From a virus (taxonomy: Duplodnaviria; Caudoviricetes): a stretch of DNA of 62,256 nt. The notes beneath the pieces are model-generated. The model did not search any database. It was not told where the DNA came from and saw only the letters and a list, made by a program, of their open reading frames with translations. The position numbers and the translations under genes were made by a program. The stretch lies in IMG/VR virus record IMGVR_UViG_3300035701_000029, positions 1 through 62,256 of that record. The stretch is one strand, 5' to 3'. Shown here one piece after another: positions 1 through 10,300 of this stretch (position 1 is the stretch's first letter; the number at the start of each line of letters is the position of its first letter).

Positions 1-2260
1 GTGGAACAACTACTTCATTAGTGCTTTGATGCGGTGGACCGCTATCATTATATCCTCTAGTGTAAGTAGTATACCAATAGGCTACTGGTTGCTTATATGT
101 TATTTGTCCCGTCTTATTTAAGTCTCCTATTTTAATTGCCCCGGTATCTAAATATAACCAGAAACTATACCAAACTCTTTTCTTGTCAGTTCCTGACCAC
201 TGTTGATATACTCCGGATCCTCCTGCATCTACAGTTCCCCAGTATATCGCTAGGGCAGTATTGCCATAAACAGCAGTGCTAGCTGGATAAGTAAGAGGTA
301 CTGGGTCAGAGCCAATAGTGAATCTATCCCAACTAATAGGCTTCTGGTTATATCCACTTCCTCCCCAAGCTTTAAACCCACCGTTTAGAGCCCTATTGAC
401 TGCTGCTGCGCCAACTTCTATACCCTGTGCAAACTTAGCCCAATGAGCGGAGCTTCTATATAGCTCTGGCCCAAATGCCGTTGTGCTATGTCCCCATAGG
501 ACTTCTCTTTTCCTATGCCCTGGATGCGCTATCCCGCTTCCCCTAAGAGGCAATCTCAGTATTGAGTATGCGGTATGCTCTATGGAAGTCAATCGCTCTC
601 TAGAGATTGCGACAGTACCAGGTGAAGAATAGGAATCATAAGTAAAAGATTGTCCAGAGTCTACTTGAATAGATGCTCCGTCAAAAAAGAAAACTCCTGG
701 AGCAGAATGGTTATGATGCATTTTGAATTTTATATCTGCATAGGTGCAATCAGAAGGGATAACAAAATGAGATAGCGCAGAAGCCCCAATCACTCTGTTG
801 GGGTTTACACTAGCCTCATACATGGTGCTATAAATATGTTTATCATAGCGTGTCCAACTATTGTATGTCCCGCCATAATTCATTCCATATATTTGATATG
901 GGGTTGAAACACAAGCAGTCCTAGTGATACTAGAATAGTAGTTTATTTGCACTGCCGATACGCTTTTAGAGCTACCAGTTACATACTCTGGCTTAACATG
1001 CCATGCTAAGTTGTAGTCTTTAAACTTATTGATCGGAAAAGAACTACTTTGTATCACCATATTAAATTTAGAGGCACCACTATAGCTAGCGGAAGACTTA
1101 ACACAACGCGGGGGGGTCCACGGTTGAAAAATAACTGCTCTTATCCCATCGTCTGCGGCTGGTCCACCATCTTCAAATCTCCAATTTGCGGTATTGTAGA
1201 AAAACCCCCCATTAACAATAAGATTTTTCTGATAAGGTTCTTCTCTAAGAAAAGAAAAACTATTGGTGAATGCGGGCAAAGCAGTATCATTATATGCGGT
1301 GGATGTATATACTCTCCCTAAGTCTATTCTCCCCGCTGTCGTAGCAAAGATAATTTCACTGCCTAGACTTCCACTAGCTGGTCCTGCAACCACATCTGTG
1401 CGGGTACGTCTTGTAGCTCTATAGATTCCTACTCCTAACCAATCTGACTCAGTTGGGGTCTTTATGGTTAGTATGTTTTTGCAATCACCCAATGACTCAT
1501 TGATATAATCAGACTGTAGGGGTGTTGGCCCCCAAGAAGGCGGACTTGGAGGAGTCCTATCTACAAACTGCGAAGAGTCAAAATGGTACACAATACCTTT
1601 AAACAGTTCTCTTACATTAATAGCGAATGGGAACCCTAAATAGATATAAAAAGCTAAGGTCGTCCAAGTTCCTCCTGGGAACCTCACATATAGTCCTTGA
1701 TTCATAGACCTGCTGTTGGATATTTGGTAGTAAAAAGAGATATGGCTTTTAGTCCAAAGAGTATCGGTATCGGGCTTAACCCCAACAGCAAACATACAGG
1801 CACTATCATACCATCCAATAGGATGGGGCTTATCTAAAAATATAGAAGCATCCAATATGAGTTTTGTGGTAAAAATTCTTTCTGAAGCAGTGTATATCTT
1901 AGTCTTAAAAACCTGAGTAACTCCCTTACTCGCTACGTTTGGATCTAACATACCTGCCGATAGAGTTGTATTAATTCCACCTTCAAGTTGCCCGGGCTCT
2001 AAGGTAACTGTTCTATTAGCCGAAATTGAATAGTTCAATGAGGCCAACACATCTGACAATGCGGGATTAGCTCCAGATACTCCCAAGGGAAAGTTATAAG
2101 TCTCTTTTCTCCACATTAGAGTGGGGGCGCTTATCTGAGAAGATAGATCAGGTACGCCAAAAGAAGCAGTCCTTGCGGTTTCTACTGTTTTAACCCGCCC
2201 TAATTCTTCACGAACGGCACGCTGTATTTGTTCTTGTATTGTGCGGTCAAGTTTCTGCAT
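1..2260 (-). CDS. Tail fibre / receptor-binding-like protein with carbohydrate-binding-like modules (3' end runs off window; not in ORF track)
   Basis: ATG at 2260 overlaps the upstream stop (TAATG). Translated by hand (MQKLDRTIQEQIQRAVREELGRVK...) with no stop found down to position 1. Two 'NLIVNGGF'/'NRALNGGF' CBM4/9-like motifs. Follows the tail-tip gene. Confidence 0.7.
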   Translation of the reverse strand, partial: MQKLDRTIQEQIQRAVREELGRVKTVETARTASFGVPDLSSQISAPTLMWRKETYNFPLGVSGANPALSDVLASLNYSISANRTVTLEPGQLEGGINTTLSAGMLDPNVASKGVTQVFKTKIYTASERIFTTKLILDASIFLDKPHPIGWYDSACMFAVGVKPDTDTLWTKSHISFYYQISNSRSMNQGLYVRFPGGTWTTLAFYIYLGFPFAINVRELFKGIVYHFDSSQFVDRTPPSPPSWGPTPLQSDYINESLGDCKNILTIKTPTESDWLGVGIYRATRRTRTDVVAGPASGSLGSEIIFATTAGRIDLGRVYTSTAYNDTALPAFTNSFSFLREEPYQKNLIVNGGFFYNTANWRFEDGGPAADDGIRAVIFQPWTPPRCVKSSASYSGASKFNMVIQSSSFPINKFKDYNLAWHVKPEYVTGSSKSVSAVQINYYSSITRTACVSTPYQIYGMNYGGTYNSWTRYDKHIYSTMYEASVNPNRVIGASALSHFVIPSDCTYADIKFKMHHNHSAPGVFFFDGASIQVDSGQSFTYDSYSSPGTVAISRERLTSIEHTAYSILRLPLRGSGIAHPGHRKREVLWGHSTTAFGPELYRSSAHWAKFAQGIEVGAAAVNRALNGGFKAWGGSGYNQKPISWDRFTIGSDPVPLTYPASTAVYGNTALAIYWGTVDAGGSGVYQQWSGTDKKRVWYSFWLYLDTGAIKIGDLNKTGQITYKQPVAYWYTTYTRGYNDSGPPHQSTNEVVVP

Positions 2261-5200
2261 TATATATTTCCATCTCTTTTATAAAGCCACATAAAAATAG
2301 GGCCAGGGGCAAGAGGAGGCCAATATTGTTGAAGAGGTTCAGCATCAACTGTAAAGGCGGAAGGAGGAGTAAGAACTAAATTTGGCAAATTGTTTATGTT
2401 GTTGTTGGCCATCTGTCTACCAAAAGAAAAATCTACATATCCTACCACACGAGGCCTATCGCTCTCATCATATCTATAGCTAGTAGAATTATCGTTTGCC
2501 TTCTTAACCATTGAGTTAAACCCTTCAGCGTGGATACTATCTGGGTTTTTAAATATGTCTCCTAGAGTAATAGGCACTCTACCAGAGTTATCTAAAAATT
2601 CCCCGTGGAAAGCTACATAATTATAAAAATACATGGCCTTACTATCTCGACCCATATCTACATTTCCATCTTTGTTAATGTCAAGATATGGGCTAGGACT
2701 ACGGCTAATGTCAGTTTTCCCATCCCAAAATCCCTTAATAGCATCTCCAATTGGTGGAAAATGATATGTATTTTCGCCAGTTAGATTTTTGGGGTTGAAG
2801 TAAAATGTTCGACCCTTACCATCATTATAAAAATCCCACGTAATACTTTCATCTACTATAAAATCGCCATCGGTTTTTTCATGCATATATTGGTCGCGTG
2901 CGTAGTACGCTATAAAGGGGTCATCATAACGTCCTCCGCTAGCAAAGGGTCGAAGATACCCCAATATCCTAATCCACCACCATGGTTGGTCGCTGTTTTC
3001 AGACCATTGAATATTGCACATCACATTTCTTCTAAATTTTAGTCCTATAGAGTAATGACGCCTATAGTCTGAGTCTAGCTTTTCTTGTACTCTGTTATCT
3101 CCATCGGGGAATATGCCGGGCTTCTCGTTATATAAATTACCACCAGAACGAATTATGAATTTTAATCCTTTACTGGCATTTGAAGTAGAGGTAAAATGCA
3201 CCATTGGGCATTTTCTAGTTTTTTCAACATCAGATAGCCAAACATACTTCATGTTGGAATATCCGCCACTATCAGTTCTATAGGAAATATTTTTCGTACC
3301 ATCATTGTGATAACGTAAGTAGGCTCTAGGGTATTGGGTAATCTCATCAACCCCTATGTAATGTGTAGACCAACTTGTAGAATTAATATAATAATATCTG
3401 TTACCATTCCAAGCAGTAGAAAAAGCAGCAAAGGATCTACCAGCGTAAAAAGCGGGATGAGATGTAGCGAAACTCATAAGCCCCATAGGAGCACCTATCC
3501 CATTAGAATATATGGGGTACCAACATCCATCATACTGAATATGGGCATTAATCTTACCAATTGGCCCTCTTCTGGTGACTATAGAAGCTGTTGAAACAAA
3601 CCTATTATATTCTTTAGAACGATACCCCCATATATTACCAGAGTTATCTCTGAATTGGAAATCAAGGTAGAATTGAGAATACTGAGGCTTATTGCTTTTG
3701 TCTTTCGGCTCAGCAACATAATATCCAGCACCACCTTTTAGGTCTTCTTGATGGTCTGTATCATGAAAATATTGATTCCATTTTCCAATAGCATCTCTAC
3801 AGTCCCAGGTATATATTTGGTTAGCTCCCCATTCTATCCCATCATAAGACTCATAAGGCCATTCATCACTTCCTATCCCGGTAAGAGTATTGACATGTTC
3901 TGAGGTTTGATTTAAATCTCCCATAATTCTAAGATGAATTTTACCAGATACTAAGCTATCAAATTTTATAGTGGGTACAATCCCAGTTCCTTCTTGCATA
4001 TATGGATCATATGCCCCTATAACATTTTGACCTGAACTCCAAGCTGCATTAGAGCTATATTGAAGACCTCTAGTAAGAGTTTTAATATAGCCGGGGTTAG
4101 TTCCATCTGGATCTCTGGATTCATACTTAATGATCTCATAGACTTTTTGTCCACTAGATTGCATTTGTAGATAAATATATCCCTTAGGAGGTAGCCCAGT
4201 TACAGTAGTAAGCTGTATTTGGTTGACGGTAGTTTTAGTAAGTGCCGCATTAAGCCTAGCTATTACTCCCCTATTTTCTATCCTAAGATTTAATAAGGGA
4301 ACTCCACCAAATTGGCCTGCAATATCTGGCTGGGGCTTAGGGAAATATGACCCAATTGGTCGGAAACTTGTAACATCATATTTAGTTGTATAGGTCTCAT
4401 CGAACTGAGAATCAACACTTTTCACCCAAAAAGAATTTGAACTATCGACTGCTTGTGAATATTCATCCATTATAACAATTTTGTCATTAACTTCAACTAG
4501 AGGATTACCTAAAGAACCAAAATCAATATTTTTGCCAGGGTTTGCGTATTGTTTCACAATGTTATAAGAAAGATAATCTGCCTGACTCTGAGAGCCAATT
4601 GAGGGGTCTTGTACTAAAATCCTACGTGGCATCCCAACAAAATTAGAAGCAGTAGATTTAAATATGCTATTCAAATCTCTAGTAACTGAAGTAATATATT
4701 GCCCCACGGGGTTACTTGGGTTCACTATACTTGTCTGAGATTTATTATCTTGGCTACCAGATTGATCGGCACTTAGGTCATATTGATAGCTAACAAATTT
4801 CCCTAGTACATAAGCTTCATTTCTTAAGTCTTCTCCGGTATCAACCGTGCGTAAATCAGTTACTTGCCCTGGGGCATATTGATCGCTAGTTCTAAAGTTT
4901 ACCTTAGTCCCATCAAGGTCTTCATCATAGAATAAAAATCCTGCAAATTGAAGTTCCTTCCCGGTATTGTTGTGTCTCCATAAATGCACAGTATAAGTAT
5001 CGTATGTAAGATTTCTTCCTATTTCTAACACACAAGGATTAAATCCAAAACCTGGGTATACTCCATTATATAGATGCCACGCGGTTGCTAGGTATGTGTT
5101 ATACCAACAATTAGTACCATCTACCTTAACTCCACCCTTGCGAATTTCTGCAAAAATAGTAGCATTTTGTCCTGCTGTTGCTCCGCTAACATTATTTCCA

Positions 5201-6924
5201 CCATTTGGGTGATATGCAACGATAGCTTCACATCTACTCCCAGTAAAGGTGGCAACCACCGAAGACCACACGGTTTGAGCAGAGCTATAAACTGCCCTAA
5301 AAGAATCAATGTCTTTGCCCACATGAGTCCACGTTCCAGAATAAGTAAGTTTTGTAACATCTCTTGCGTCAGCATAAGTTCTAGGGGCACCTAAAACCTT
5401 CAAATATGGATACCCATATCTATTTACTCCCCAGTCCATTCCATATAGAGAAGTTATTTTTGTAATGGCGTCTTGATAATATTCTCCAAAACCAACTTCA
5501 TATAAATATGGGGCATCTGGAGGTAATGTAGCTCCCTTAATAGCAGAAGTTGGGTTCATCCCCATTGGGTTACCATATTTAATGGGGTCTCTATCTAAAT
5601 AAATTTGATATCCTAATCCATATGGCTCTACATTGTAGTTTGCGTATATGGTATTTCCACTAGCGTTTGACTTTTTCTGCCTGAGCATCATATGATAGGG
5701 GTCTAGATAAGAATTCATAGCCATGATACTAAAGGCTTTATGCAGTTCCCAGCCATCAAAACATGGAGGCTTGGTTTTCCCATTAACATGCCCAATAGTT
5801 TCTTCTAGATACCCAGCAGCCATATAGTCTATTGGGTTGGGAGCATCTACATTAAACTGTTCCCTAGCAAAAGTAGAATAATCGTTACACACTACTTCTA
5901 GGGTATCTTGCCCATCTGAATTTAAATTGACGTTGAAATCTCTAATTTGGCCTGAAAACTTTTGCACAAGCTCGTCATTACCGGAAGGGTTAACATACCC
6001 CTCGTAATAATTTATCTGTCTGTACTTCTTTAGTTGTAGTCCTGGATATCCAGTTTTATCAACGTGAAAATAAGATTCACTTATAGGGTCATAGAAAAAT
6101 CCAGCACTAGAAACCTTAGGGGCGGCCGAAGACATAAACGGAACTTCGAAAGTAAAAACAGACCCTTGTTTTTCATTAACATTTAAATTAACTTTAGAAT
6201 AATCTGGTAAGGCAGTATCCGCTATAGACTCTCCCCATTGAGCAGGAACTCCAATACCCCAAGGGCAAGTAACTGCTGCTGATAATACAACCTTGTCTGG
6301 GGTGGCGATTGCATTATCTGTCTTCCATAGGCCTACAATTCCAGTATTCATTTTTTCTGAGGCAATATACTTAGTAAAGCGGACTTCTAAAGACTTCCAA
6401 TTACCTGGAGTAACTACATTGTATGCCTTGGTCGTAGCAAGGGCAGTTGAAGCAATATGAAGGGTTTTTTCTTGAGTAGAGCCATTAGCCGAAAGATAGT
6501 TAGTCCCATCTACCCAAAATCCCGATAGTGCCCCTTCTCCACCAAAATAGAAAGTATAGTTACCAACATAGTCAAAGCGCATGTACCCCTTAAAAGTAAC
6601 ACCCCAGCTAGAACGGGGTAACTGCTGCCTTGTTAACATTGGGGGGAGACCGTTCCCCCACCAATATTTCATGATAGGCGTAGTGCCAGCATACGCCGTG
6701 CTGCGAGCGTTCCCTCCTGATACCTGAGAGTTAGAAGTGTTTGTATACCACCAAGAACTAAGGCCATTATTCCTGGCTGTATATACAGTATCAGCGTAGC
6801 GTATTTTATTAGTAGGAGTAACCCACTTAGATATGGTGGGAGAATATCCACCAACTGCGGTGAATGTTGCTAATGTCGTGGGGACATCTAGCCGTAGGAT
6901 CACAGTAGTTTCCTTTTCTTCCAA
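2260..6924 (-). CDS. Large tail-tip / baseplate hub protein with N-terminal PA14-like domain
   Basis: 1554 aa. 'WGVTFKGYMRFDYVGNYTFY...FWVDG' resembles PA14. 'FSGQIRDF...VVCNDYS' and 'GNPLVEVNDKIVI...WVKSVDSQF' resemble tail hub proteins. Lies after tape measure and Dit-like genes. Start codon uncertain. Confidence 0.7.
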   Translation of the reverse strand: MEEKETTVILRLDVPTTLATFTAVGGYSPTISKWVTPTNKIRYADTVYTARNNGLSSWWYTNTSNSQVSGGNARSTAYAGTTPIMKYWWGNGLPPMLTRQQLPRSSWGVTFKGYMRFDYVGNYTFYFGGEGALSGFWVDGTNYLSANGSTQEKTLHIASTALATTKAYNVVTPGNWKSLEVRFTKYIASEKMNTGIVGLWKTDNAIATPDKVVLSAAVTCPWGIGVPAQWGESIADTALPDYSKVNLNVNEKQGSVFTFEVPFMSSAAPKVSSAGFFYDPISESYFHVDKTGYPGLQLKKYRQINYYEGYVNPSGNDELVQKFSGQIRDFNVNLNSDGQDTLEVVCNDYSTFAREQFNVDAPNPIDYMAAGYLEETIGHVNGKTKPPCFDGWELHKAFSIMAMNSYLDPYHMMLRQKKSNASGNTIYANYNVEPYGLGYQIYLDRDPIKYGNPMGMNPTSAIKGATLPPDAPYLYEVGFGEYYQDAITKITSLYGMDWGVNRYGYPYLKVLGAPRTYADARDVTKLTYSGTWTHVGKDIDSFRAVYSSAQTVWSSVVATFTGSRCEAIVAYHPNGGNNVSGATAGQNATIFAEIRKGGVKVDGTNCWYNTYLATAWHLYNGVYPGFGFNPCVLEIGRNLTYDTYTVHLWRHNNTGKELQFAGFLFYDEDLDGTKVNFRTSDQYAPGQVTDLRTVDTGEDLRNEAYVLGKFVSYQYDLSADQSGSQDNKSQTSIVNPSNPVGQYITSVTRDLNSIFKSTASNFVGMPRRILVQDPSIGSQSQADYLSYNIVKQYANPGKNIDFGSLGNPLVEVNDKIVIMDEYSQAVDSSNSFWVKSVDSQFDETYTTKYDVTSFRPIGSYFPKPQPDIAGQFGGVPLLNLRIENRGVIARLNAALTKTTVNQIQLTTVTGLPPKGYIYLQMQSSGQKVYEIIKYESRDPDGTNPGYIKTLTRGLQYSSNAAWSSGQNVIGAYDPYMQEGTGIVPTIKFDSLVSGKIHLRIMGDLNQTSEHVNTLTGIGSDEWPYESYDGIEWGANQIYTWDCRDAIGKWNQYFHDTDHQEDLKGGAGYYVAEPKDKSNKPQYSQFYLDFQFRDNSGNIWGYRSKEYNRFVSTASIVTRRGPIGKINAHIQYDGCWYPIYSNGIGAPMGLMSFATSHPAFYAGRSFAAFSTAWNGNRYYYINSTSWSTHYIGVDEITQYPRAYLRYHNDGTKNISYRTDSGGYSNMKYVWLSDVEKTRKCPMVHFTSTSNASKGLKFIIRSGGNLYNEKPGIFPDGDNRVQEKLDSDYRRHYSIGLKFRRNVMCNIQWSENSDQPWWWIRILGYLRPFASGGRYDDPFIAYYARDQYMHEKTDGDFIVDESITWDFYNDGKGRTFYFNPKNLTGENTYHFPPIGDAIKGFWDGKTDISRSPSPYLDINKDGNVDMGRDSKAMYFYNYVAFHGEFLDNSGRVPITLGDIFKNPDSIHAEGFNSMVKKANDNSTSYRYDESDRPRVVGYVDFSFGRQMANNNINNLPNLVLTPPSAFTVDAEPLQQYWPPLAPGPIFMWLYKRDGNI

Positions 6925-6941
6925 TATTCTAGCATGGCCAT

Positions 6942-7364
6942 CTAGTTCTCCGGTTGGAGAACAAGCTCTACTGTATCGTACCTCAAGTTACCCGCACCTT
7001 TCCTTACTTGTGCTACTAAGTTTATTACCCTTGCCTTGTTCCAGTTCGTATTGTTAGGCCAGTTTGTATTAATACGAGCTAGATTTTGAAAGTTAAAATA
7101 TCTTACGGTGCCAACCCAAGCTCTCATAGTAGTAACCATTCTAGAGTCTGTAGCAGGGTTAGCAGTAGTAACCGCTCCAACATTATACCATGTAAGACTT
7201 CTTGGCCTAGAGTCCCATTTCTTCTTATGCCAAGCTGGTGCTCCATGTAAAATATCTATGGAAGCTGCATCAAAACTATCTTGTCCATCGTATTCTGCTG
7301 GGTTACGAGGGAACTCATAGGGGTTTACACCACTAGACGCTGCTGTACTTTGAATTCTGGCCAT
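6942..7364 (-). CDS. Putative distal tail (Dit-like) protein
   Basis: 140 aa, directly downstream of the tape measure gene; call from synteny only. Confidence 0.5.
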   Translation of the reverse strand: MARIQSTAASSGVNPYEFPRNPAEYDGQDSFDAASIDILHGAPAWHKKKWDSRPRSLTWYNVGAVTTANPATDSRMVTTMRAWVGTVRYFNFQNLARINTNWPNNTNWNKARVINLVAQVRKGAGNLRYDTVELVLQPEN

Positions 7365-10300
7365 TTAGAACCCGTTTCTCCTAGTCGTCCCTGTACGCAG
7401 ACCTCTTTCATACTGAGTTTGTATACGGTCAATAACAAGATTAGCTATTTGATTAGCATTACCAGTCCCATTAACCGTGATACTACCAATACTAACAGCA
7501 GGGCCTTGAGCAGCAGGGATAAATCCTGGTAAGTTAAAATTGCTCGGAGCATTAATGACTTGTTTCTGTAGCTGTTCAATAGCTAGGGTATTTTGAGTTA
7601 ACGCATCAGTGTTAGCCTGTATAGAGGGGACATATTCCTTCATTTCTTTCTTACCACCGAAGAACCCGCCGATTATTCCACCAAGAACACTACCGGCTAT
7701 TGCTCCAATAGGCCCACCTAAAGTCCCGAGCTTAGCTCCTAATGCCATACCAGCAGCACTACCTAGCTGTCCACCAGCCGCAGCAGCTTGACTTCCACCG
7801 CCAACTGAAGCTCCAATAGCTGCTCCTAAAGCATTAACCAATACGCCGAATCCAGCGTTTAAAACGTCTTTGAGCTTCGTTGTAGAGCCCTGGATGTTCT
7901 GATCTAGAGAAACGATATACTCTTCGCCTATCTTCTCATAAGTCACTCTGAGGCGTCCTATGGCGTCTTCTGTGCTAACCAAGTAGGCCAACATGCGCTC
8001 ATTAGCGTTCTTAACTTCTTCTCGTTGGTTCTCAAGTGTTTGGCCAACTGGGTCTAGCCCTTCTCCAAAGACCTTACCCCAATTCTCTGCGCTATCTCTG
8101 ACTGCTTTAACTTCATCCGCACTATATTCTTTTGTGGCCTTAAGCAACCTTGTAGATACATCACCAAAATCTTCACCAGGAGCAGCTCCACCTCTTGCTA
8201 ATGGAATACTAGGTTCTTGCTTCTGAGCCATTAGTTCAATCATTTGCCTGAACATATCGGTATGAACTGTGCTTTCTGTATATATATCTGGAAGCGGGCT
8301 TAAACTTTCCACAACTGGGCTAGAAGTTTCTTCTGCTGTTGGTATGTCAGGAGGCTTTTGTTTTGATATGAGGTCAGATACTTCCTTTAATGCACTGGTG
8401 GTAGCTTTACTTTCCGAGTAAATATCTGAAAGAGGATCAAATCCCCTTATAATAGGATCAGAAAAATCGTCTGCTGTAGGAATTTCTGGGGGCTTCTGTT
8501 TAGATATTTGGTCAGATATCTTCCCCATTTCCTTAGTTGAAGACTTGTTTTCCGAATATATATCTGAAAGCGGTCTAAGTCCTTTAACTATCGGAATAGA
8601 GGTATCGGCTGCTCTTGAGATATCTGGAGGCTTTTGATTAGCTATCTGTTCAGATACCTTAGATATAGCACTAGTTGTGTCTTTCCCTATAAGCCCATAT
8701 TCTTTCCTAAGCTCTGTAGATACCTTAGCTAAAGCAGACCTGTTATCAAACTGAGCTTTTACAACAGCACTTTCAACTGCATCCATTTCTGAAAGTTGTG
8801 TTCCATCTTGTTTAAGTTGTGCAGCTAAATATGCTAGAACCCTATCATTGTGCTTCCTAACTTCTTTTGATACTCCTTCAATTCCTCCAGCTTGATTAAC
8901 TCTGCCTGGACCCATATTGTATCCGGCAATCGCCGCTTTTAAATCTCCGCCCTTAACGGTGTCTATGCTCTCTCTGAGAATTTGCGCAGCTAATGTAAGA
9001 TTTACACCAGCGTCAGTTAGTTCGCTAGCCGAAACTCCTAAGGAATCCGCAGTTTTAGTGTTGACTTGGGCAAATCCAATATCACGCGAAACTACGTTTC
9101 CGTTAGCGTCTTTGTTTTTGTTGACTGCAAACTGATTTACACCGGATTCTGCTGCTACAATAGCTGCTAATAATCTGGGGTCTAGTTGAAATTTTTCTGC
9201 TGCGGAGTTTAGTTCTGTTCCAAAATCTTTCTTAAAGGCATCAAGTTTGCCTAATACATCTGAATTAACTAAGCCTAAGTCAGCGCCCTCTATTGCTGCC
9301 TGAATGTTATCAGCGCCCTTAGCAATAAAATCTTCTGCATTTAAAGAAAGAGGTTCTCCATGAATAGCTTCCCCTATCTTTTGTGCTCCATGTTCAAAAA
9401 CACCTTCTAGGTTCATTATGAACTTGTTAAAAATAACCTCTTCTTGACCATACAGAGCAGTAAAGTTTCCCTCACTTGTAGTAAAAGAATCACTAAGGTT
9501 ACTAACAAACGACTCGAAATTTTTCATTTCGGCGTTTTCTCGACCAGCTAACATCCCTTCGAGATCACGCAAATATTGTTTGTTAAGTCCGCCTAAAGCA
9601 GTTGCAAGAGACCTAGCAACCTGATCTCCTAATGTAGAGCCCTTAAATTCAAGCTCTACAACCTGTTGGGCAAACTTCTCGCTAACGAATTTATTAATAG
9701 ATGACCCGAGACCTTCAATAAGAGTTTTTCCAACCTCTTTAATCTCGAAAACCAACGCCCTTGTATCATGGAGTTCTTTATTAAGATCCTTAAGCCTCTT
9801 CTTGGCCTCTGTTACAGCTTGTGCGTTACCCTCTGAAACAGCCTCCTGAAGAGAAACTTCTGCTTCTTTGATTTGTTGAGTTAGTTCAAATCTCTTATCC
9901 ATCCCTGCTACAATAACAGATGGAATGGAAGCCACCGCACTAGATATAGAATTTTGGATATCTCCTATAAGGGAAACTATTCTTTCAGATTCTTTCGCAA
10001 GCTGCTCTAAACTGATCTCTCTAGCATTCTTGCGAAGGTCGATCATAAGCCCACCAAGCTCTTCAACCAGCTTAGCTTGTGTCTCTGTGTCTTTCGTCTG
10101 TAGGATTTGGTCTACGCGCATACGCGCTATGGTCTTTAATCTGTCGCGCTCAATCCTAAGAACAAGCTCTTGGCGTGTGCCAACAAGTTGTGCAAACTTA
10201 GCCTGTTTTTCATAGAAATCTTCGACGTCCCTTATCCTTAATTCCCTGGCCGCTTCCTCTTTACTAAGCTGAGCCATCGTCCTAAGCTCTTCAGTAACCA

